Position numbers and translations under genes: made by a program. A stretch of DNA of 64,000 nt. It comes from Octopus vulgaris (Eukaryota). Shown piece after piece: positions 55,443-64,000 of this stretch (the first letter of the stretch is position 1; each line of letters opens with the position of its first letter). Location of the stretch: NCBI GenBank assembly GCA_951406725.2, contig OX597826.1:27900001-27964000 (forward strand), in the 5' to 3' direction. The notes beneath the pieces were generated by a model. That model did no database searches, was not told the DNA's origin, and saw only the letters and a program-made list of their open reading frames with translations.

Positions 55443-56201
55443 TTAAATACAGCACACATATATGTATGTATGTACGTATGTATGCATGTATGCATGTATG
55501 TGTGCGTTCGTGCATGCATGTATATGTGTGTGTGTATACATGTATTCTTATTCTCTAGTGGGTCGCTCCATCTACATCATTATGCCTCAAGCGAATGTAG
55601 TATGAAGGCGGCATTCACTTCTATATAGCAACAATACATATCGTTAATGTCCTTTAGTTTCAGTTTTGCGTAAGCTATGCATGTGGTCACCTGATCCTTT
55701 CTGTCTTTTGTGTTGAAGGTATTACATGAGATATAATGAGATATAAACACTGCCGTAATCCATGTAAGGCTTTAATTTTGGGTTGACTGCCGCAATAAGC
55801 CATGTATTTGTTCTCAACTACGCATGCAGAATGTTTTCCGTGAATTCGTGTATAAATTTATGTAATATATTCAACAACATAACTTTTGTGGTTGCACTAC
55901 TTCGATAAAATATGAAAAAAAACAGTCCAAAGACTTTCAGTTCTTAATTCTCTATGGCCTGGACATGTTACTCTAAAGATATCACACAGCACTTACATGT
56001 ACGGTTATGTATGTATATGTGCATATGGATGTCTGTATTAGTGGGGGGGGGGGGTGCGTTTGTAATCTATAAAAATTTAGCCAATGTTGCATCACTGACG
56101 CCATTTTTCCTGTTTTCGGCGTCGTTACATCCGGGCAGTTCCACGCACAGTTTACATCAGTTTACATCAGTTTTGCGATAATGTCAGACTTTCAACTGCC
56201 G

Positions 56202-56268
<67 letters not shown>

Positions 56269-56371
56269 TGTGTGTGTGTGTGCGTGTTTGTGTGTGCATG
56301 AGTCTGTGTATGAGCGTGTGTGTGTGTTTACAAATGTAGAAGAATATATATGTATATATGTGTGTGTGTGT

Positions 56372-56513
<142 letters not shown>

Positions 56514-56547
56514 CACACACACACACATATATATATACATATATATA

Positions 56548-56625
<78 letters not shown>

Positions 56626-56745
56626 TATATGTATTTATATATATATATATATATATTGATATTGTAATCAGAAATATACTTAGGCGAATGTATTTTTATA
56701 CATACATACATACATACACATATACATATATATGTCATATATATA

Positions 56746-56801
<56 letters not shown>

Positions 56802-57297
56802 TATAGAAATGTGCTTCATAATTTTCGTAATATATGTGTATTTGAATACACACGCACATTACGAACATTATGAAGCACATTTCTATGCTTTTACACATAC
56901 ATACAAGCATATATATACACCTGTATAATATATATTATATTGTACTATAGTTTATATATAATATTCATATATGTATATGTGTATATAAAGTATATATATA
57001 TACTTTATATATGTATATATATACATATACATATATATATATATGCAGTGTATATATGTATAAATATGTTTACATATTTGGTTATATGAATGTATATAGA
57101 AATATAATGCATTCACGTGTATATATATATGTATGAATGTATGTATGGATATATATATGTATGTATGTATATATATATACACACACACATACATACATAC
57201 AAACATACATACATATATACATACATACATACATACATACATACGTACGTACATGTATGAAATCCGTTTGTATGTGCTTAAAAGAGGGATGTTTGTG

Positions 57298-57376
<79 letters not shown>

Positions 57377-57706
57377 TGTGCTCTTATCAGACGTATGAGA
57401 CATGTATGTCGGCATTTTGGCATGTCTGTTTATAGACGAGTATAGCCATGTTTGTGAGTGTATGTGTAAGTGTGTATGCAGTTCTGTGTATGTACTTATA
57501 GGGATGCATAGATAGTTAGATCAGTAAACAGATAAATAGTCTGACTGATACACAGATATACAAAGAGACATACACAGAGAGACGGATAGATAGAAGGAGA
57601 GAGTAAAAGAGAAAGAGAGTGACTTAGATAAATAGATAGATAGATGTAAATGTACAGGAATGTGTATCCTATAAATTACATATAGTGCATATGTATTATA
57701 GATATA

Positions 57707-57747
<41 letters not shown>

Positions 57748-58097
57748 GTACCTATACATATATATTAATATAAATATATATATATATGTATATATAAACA
57801 CCTATTTATATATATACATATATACATATATATATAATCATATATATTTATGCATAAATATATATAAAAATACCTCCCCCACACACTCACACACATATAT
57901 AATCAAAATTTCAAATAATACGTTTGTGTTTGTATGTGTATATGTGTACGTGCTTGAGTGTGTTTGTGTGTATGCTTGTGTATGTGTGTGTGATAGTAAG
58001 TTTGTGTGTGTTTGGCCCTCTTAAATATCCGTAGTCTACCGAAGCAAAAGATGTATCGTAGACTTAACTAAATTTCACAAAACACGCACGCACACAC

Positions 58098-58227
58098 GTT
58101 CAGAGACACAAACACACACACAAGTTCAGAGACACAACCACACACACACGTTCAGAGACACAAACACACACACACGTTCAGAGACACAAACACACACACA
58201 CGTTCAGAGACACAAACACACACACAG
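58098..58227. repeat. Minisatellite, 5 copies of ~26 bp (GTTCAGAGACACAAACACACACACAC)
   Basis: Seen directly. Confidence 0.9.
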
Positions 58228-58578
58228 ACATGCACTCACACAAACTCAAAAACAGATACAAGCACACACACACACACACACACACACATTCTGAACACGC
58301 ACAGATCTTCACTTAGAAACACACACTTACAAACACACATACACACACACATATTTAACCATCCTTTCTATATCCTTCTACGATCCTACCATTCCTATTA
58401 AATCTGCAACGAAGAAGAAACCATTCAACTTCATGATCCTCGATGATGGCGGATCTCCTTTGACTCTTTCGTTTACTTGTTTTATCTTATTATGCCTCCT
58501 CTTTATTTATTTGTCAACCCTACTCATTTGTTCATCATTTACATTTGACGGATATTTGTCCTCATCTTGTTTGTTGCT

Positions 58579-58624
58579 AACACAACATTTCGGTTGATAT
58601 ACCCTCCAGCCTTCATCAGGTGTC
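58579..58624 (-). ncRNA. Minimal hammerhead, mutated
   Basis: GACAC-CTGATGA-AGGCTG...CAACC-GAAA-TGTT-GTGTT. Confidence 0.6.
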
Positions 58625-58703
58625 TTGGGGAAATTTCAAACATGGGTTCTCATTTCTAAGGCATTTGTCTATGTTGTTGTTGTTGTTGATGTTATTATTA
58701 TTA

Positions 58704-58786
<83 letters not shown>

Positions 58787-58832
58787 TTCACTGCCTGGAA
58801 TCGAAGTCGGAATCTTGGGGGTTAGTAGCCAA

Positions 58833-58878
58833 GACACCTGATGAATGCTGGAGGGTATATCAGCCGAAACGTTGTGTT
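58833..58878 (+). ncRNA. Minimal hammerhead
   Basis: GACAC-CTGATGA-ATGCTG-GAGGGTATAT-CAGCC-GAAA-CGTT-GTGTT. Confidence 0.65.
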
Positions 58879-59639
58879 AACAACAAACAAGATGAGGACA
58901 AATATCCGTCAAATGTAAATAATGTACATAATTTCTCATCTCTTTAATATAGAACTATATTACTCATTTGTTTCCCCGTTCCAATTTATTCGTCAGATAG
59001 CCAGATGGATTGTTTCGGTTTGGGTCTTTTGGTTAAGTTTTCTTAACTTTCACTCCTAGCTTCCACAAAAAGGAAATATTTTCTAGTAAAAAGGAGAGAG
59101 ACGAACGGTTTGTTTTGTTAATTCGGTGGTTTACAACAATTTTGTACCTAAGGTATACATTGATTTCTATTTACCTCGGGGGTGGGGTGAACCTTGACAG
59201 CTGTTCGATGCCTAAAAAGTCCTATTATATTATGATGATTAAATATTAATAGAAATCGTATAGTTTATAGTTTACTTGTTTCAGTCATTAGACTGCGGCC
59301 ATGCTGGGTCACCATCTTGAAGAATTTATCGAACGAATCGACCATAGTATTTCTTCTTTTTCTTTTTTAAGCCTGATACTTATTTTATCGAAAATTTTGT
59401 CGATAAAATAAGTATCAGGCTTATGAGGGGGACGTAAACGCACCAACATCGGTTGTGAATAAATTTTGTAGACGGAAACAGCAGCAGCCACAACAACAGC
59501 AAGAACAATAACATCTCCAATAACAACAACAACAGCAAACTTAGCAATAATGCAAAGAACAGCAGTGCCAACAACAACGGTAACAACAAACGCAACAGCA
59601 ATAACAAAAACAACAACAACAACAATAACTGTAATAATG

Positions 59640-60302
59640 GTTTCAAATTTCAGCACTATGCCAGCAATTTCGGGGGAAAGGGATCCCACTGCTTAACTGG
59701 TACTTTATTATAACGACCCCGAATGGATGAAAGCAAAGCCGACCTTGGTGGAATTTGAACTCAGTACGTAAAGACGGACGAAATGCCACTAAGCATTTCG
59801 ACCGGCGTGCAACCCAATCGGCCAGTTTGTCGCCTTTATGACAGCAGTAATAATGCTTTCTACAATAGGCACAAGGCCTGAAATTTGGGGGAGAGGGACA
59901 GTCCATTACATTGATCCATGTGTCCAACTCGTACTTATTTAATCAACCCCGAAAGGATGAAAGGCAAAATCGACCTCAACGGAATTTGAACTCAGAACGA
60001 AAAGATCCGGAAGAAACGCCACTATAGTGATAACTTTATCTTCAGCTACAACAATAACAACAACAATCACACAATATTCTTTTCTGTTTTCTTTTACTCT
60101 AGGCACAAGGCCTGAAATTTTAGGTGAGGGGGCCAGTCGATTAGATCGATCCCAGTACGCAACTGGTACTTAATTTAGCGACCGCGAAAAGATTAAAGGT
60201 AAAGTTGACCTCGACGGAATTTGAACTCAGAACGTAACGGCAGACGAAATACGGCTACGCATTTCGCCCGGCATGCTAACGTTTCTGCCAGCTCGCCGCC
60301 TT
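59640..60302 (-). mobile_element. Three SINE family A copies in tandem
   Basis: Repeated GGATGAAAG.CAAAG.CGACCT.G..GGAATTTGAACTCAG blocks. Confidence 0.85.
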
Positions 60303-61155
60303 ACAGTCACGCAAATATTATAACAACAGCCACAACAACGACAAGCTTAGCAACAATGCGAATAATAGCAACAAGAACAACATTTAATCTAAACAGCAAT
60401 AGCAACAAAAGAAGAGTAACGACCTCAACAACAACCACAACAACAACAGAAATGTGAATAACAACAACAGTAATACAAGAAACATGGCAATGAGAGCAGT
60501 AATAACAACAATAACAAACTCTGCAAAACAACGCAAAGAAAAAGTGAAGTAAGCAGAACAACAACAACAAAAATGATAATAACAACAACAATAACACAAA
60601 TATGGCAATAGCAAAACAAATACAGCAGCAACAACAACAAAAACAATGCTAAAAAAATATGCTAATGGCAATGATAACTGAAAGAAACGCAACGAGAATT
60701 AAAGGACATCGGCAGCAATAACGGAGAGAGTAACAACAACAGCAAGAACATGGAGGATAACCACAACGGCAGCAGCAGCAGCAGCAGCGGCAGCGGCAGC
60801 AACAACGAAGTTAACAACAACAATAGAACAAAACTAAAGCAACAACAGCAACAACACCTATAAAACAAAATATGTTAGTGACAACAACAACAAGTATTAC
60901 TATATCTACAACAACAACTACTGCAACATCAGGGGTGGCTGGCAGCCAGTGAGCTTTACTAATCAACTGGTAATTTGTATCATTGGTGGCTGTGCAATGG
61001 AATCTAGCGATCGATCGCTCACGGCACGGCTCTGCTCGAGTTCTCTAATGGCTAAATCTAATTTGTTGATTGCCTCCGAAGTTTGATAATTATTCAACGT
61101 CATTCAACGCCATCTTGTTTCCATGGATGTTCTGAACTGGCCAAAGAGAAAGATT

Positions 61156-61219
<64 letters not shown>

Positions 61220-61797
61220 TAGAGAGAGAGAGAGTGGAAGAAACAGACCGACGGAGAGACACTACTGCCACCTATGATGATGTTGATGGTGATGTCGTTT
61301 TTGTTACAGGGGGAAAAATGTCGGATGGATCATATCAACCGTTTTGGAAGACAAGTGGGTGGTGGGTGCCATCAGCAACGGAGTGGGATTTGGGGGGTAG
61401 AGGGTCGTTGTGTGGCGACGGGGGGAGGGAATAGTGGTGGTGGTAGAGGTGGTGGTGGCGGGAGTGGAAGTGTGGGTGGAGAGATGTAGATGGTAATGAT
61501 GGTGAAACTATATCGTGTTATGATTGTATTCATGTACAGCCATACGTGTGGGGGGGGGGTTAATGGTGTGTAGTGTGTCCTGTGTATGCACGTGTGTGTG
61601 TATGAGAGAGAGGGGAGGGAAGGAGCAGAGAGAAAATTGTTAGAAAAAGCAAACGTATGTATAATACTGACAAAATTGCATGCAAAGTTCAATGTCTTCA
61701 TCTATATGCCTACGTGTATCAGTGTGTGTGCGTGTGTGCGTGCGTGCGTATGTGTGCGTGTATGTTTGAATGTGCATAATCTGTGTTTGTATGTATA

Positions 61798-61844
<47 letters not shown>

Positions 61845-61885
61845 GTGTGTGTGTGTACGTATGTATACGTACATATATATACATA

Positions 61886-62574
61886 TCTCTCTCTATATAA
61901 ACGGCAGTTTGTCTGTGCGTGTTTCTGTGTGTCTGTTTGCTTGTACCCTCACCCTGACCACGGCTTTCAACCGATTCTGATGAAACTTGACACACACATA
62001 GCCCAATGTCATAATTCAAAACTAAAGCAGCGAAAATTTTGAAAAGTTCCCCCAGTTCTGAAAAAAATCGATAAATTCGACATGGGGTCCAGAATCAGAA
62101 ACACAAACTGTCTAGGGGACGCAACTCCACCTTTTTTAACTAAAAAAAAAAAATTACCATCATTTTTTTCCATTTTTTTGCTATTTTTTGGCTATCTCTC
62201 TCAATATATAAACGGCAGTTTGTCTGTGCGTGTTTCTGTGTGTCTGTTTGCTTGTACCTTCACCCTGACCACGGCTTTCAACCGATTCTGATGAAACTTG
62301 ACACACACATAGCCCAATGTCATAATTCAAAACTAAAGCAGCGAAAATTTTGAAAAGTTCCCCCAGTTCTGAAAAAAATCGATAAATTCGACATGGGGTC
62401 CAGAATCAGAAACACAAACTGTCTAGGGGACGCAACTCCACCTTTTTTAACTAAAAAAAAAAAATTACCATCATTTTTTTCCCATTTTTTTGCTATTTTT
62501 TGGCTATAACTCTCTAAAAATGCTTTATAGTTATTTCCCTTACAAACCTGAGCAACGCCGGGCGATACTGCTAG
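61886..62574 (+). mobile_element. Non-autonomous Helitron, partial tandem: a 309-bp truncated unit plus a complete 380-bp unit
   Basis: A|TCTCTCTC..TATAAACGGC...CCTGAGCAACGCCGGGCGATACTGCTAG|T. 61886-62194 is duplicated at 62195-62506. Confidence 0.8.
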
Positions 62575-62589
62575 TATATATATATATCT

Positions 62590-62853
62590 TCGACCAGACC
62601 ATCAGATGTTGCTACATATCGCTGGTCACAATGCGTTCGCATTGTTTTAGCCTTCGAATGACGCCACCCCGCTGGCTAAGCGAGCAGGCCAACTGAAGAA
62701 AGGGTGAGAGAAAGAGAGGTGAAGGAGTACAGCAGGGATCACCACCCCTCGTGGAGCTTTTTAGGTGTTTTCGCTCAATAAACACACACAACGCCCGGTC
62801 TGGGAATCGAAACCGGGAGTCCGCTGCCCTAACCACTGGGCCATTGCGCTTCC

Positions 62854-62855
<2 letters not shown>
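62590..62855 (-). mobile_element. SINE family C
   Basis: Homologous to the copies at 30580 and 55088. Confidence 0.85.
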
Positions 62856-62907
<52 letters not shown>

Positions 62908-63000
62908 TTATAAGTATGTATATATGTATGTGTATGTATATATATATGTGTGTGTGTGTATGTATGTATCTATATGTGCGTATGTGTGTGTATTATATAG

Positions 63001-63034
<34 letters not shown>

Positions 63035-63179
63035 GGGGGAGCTTATGTGTGTATATATACATATACATCTGTAGATATATGTGTATATATATTTGTGTGT
63101 GTATGTATATATATGTATATATTTATATGTATATGTATATATATATGTTTATGTGTGTATATATATATATATATATATG

Positions 63180-63545
63180 TAGTCGAACAAATCGACCCAG
63201 AACTTATTCTTTGTAAGTCTAGTATTTATTCTATCGCTCTCTTTTGACGAACCGCTAGATTACGGTTACGTAAACACACCAACATTGGTTGTCAAGCGAT
63301 GATGGGGGGGGGACAAACAGACGCACAAACATGCGTGTACACACACACACATGCACACATACACACACATATATACATATATACGACAGGCTTCTTTCAC
63401 TTTCTGTCTACTAAATACACTCACAAGGCTTTAGTCGGCCCGAGGCTATAGTAGCAGACACTCGCCCAAGGTGCCACGCAGTGGGACTGAACCTAGAACC
63501 ATGTGGTTGGGAAGCATGCTACTTACCATACAGCCATGCCTGAGC
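63180..63545 (-). mobile_element. SINE family B
   Basis: Reverse complement of the family B head and body. Confidence 0.85.
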
Positions 63546-64000
63546 CCATACTCACTAACCTAAGATATTTCACATACCGTGTATATTTTTTCTTCTGATA
63601 GAAATATACAACCTCATAGGCCGAGACGAGGAAAAGTTTTTTTTTTCACGAGCGCAGGAAGAAACATGTTTACTTGAAGAAGGCCGCCAGCAAAAGGAAG
63701 TTCGTCGACCCGGATGTGAGAGAGATGAGGAGGAGTGAGAGAGAGAGAGAGAGATAGAGAGGAAGGAAGCCAAAGAGGGTGAAAGAAAGAGAGAAGAAGG
63801 AGTTATAGAGTTTCGCGTCATAATTATATGTAAAAACCAGCTTAGAGAAGAAGAGGAAACGAAACGAATCGAATCGACGCGAGGGCGCTCAGTCATACAA
63901 TAGTGATGATAAACGTCTTGTGAACGAAAGTTTATAGAAGGAAACTGTGCTGAAGCTCATCGCTAGTATGGTCCGGCTTTTCGGGTGTCAGACATAAAGA

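Larger units (their letters stand above)
58533..58960. mobile_element. tRNA-head/(AAT)n/HHR element with internal inversion and 12-bp TSD
   Basis: TSD TACTCATTTGTT at 58521-58532 and 58961-58972. Minus unit 58533-58830, plus-strand HHR tail 58829-58956. Confidence 0.8.

Noticed and set aside
58098-58227. Regularly spaced ~26-bp repeats resembling a CRISPR array
   Set aside because: No unique spacers, eukaryotic context and no cas genes, so this is a minisatellite. The same applies to 45390-45518 and 12345-12395.
61975-61995. CTGATGA motif in the Helitron; also CTGACGA at 33481 and at ~32665 (-)
   Set aside because: No stem II, GAAA, stem III arrangement could be built.
63570-64000. 108-aa minus ORF and GA-rich unique sequence, a possible 5' UTR
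   Set aside because: The ORF is driven by the GA repeat and the region is cut by the window edge, so evidence is insufficient.

Overview
AT-rich, repeat-saturated animal DNA with no recognisable host protein-coding exon. The microsatellite load and SINE families suggest an octopus or other coleoid cephalopod, which is an inference only. Nearly all ORFs in the supplied track are microsatellite artefacts. Real coding remnants are all transposon-derived: three CR1/L2-group LINE fragments, three R4/Dong-type fragments next to (AAT)n tracts, a Penelope-like GIY-YIG endonuclease fragment, a mariner 3' end and a nearly intact IR/DR Tc1 element (DD34E). Non-coding elements include two non-autonomous Helitrons, MITE-like inverted repeats and at least four tRNA-derived SINE families. 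The most interesting signal is a set of type I hammerhead ribozymes (HHRs), which I folded by eye. They include a 470-nt tandem pair with retrozyme-like layout (41.2-42.0 kb), a structured single-HHR element (23.4 kb) and several degenerate HHR relics. There is also an apparent family joining a tRNA-like Pol III head, an (AAT)n linker and an HHR tail, with Penelope-style inversions and a 12-bp TSD (47.9-49.4 kb, 58.5-59.0 kb). Boundaries of degenerate repeats are approximate.
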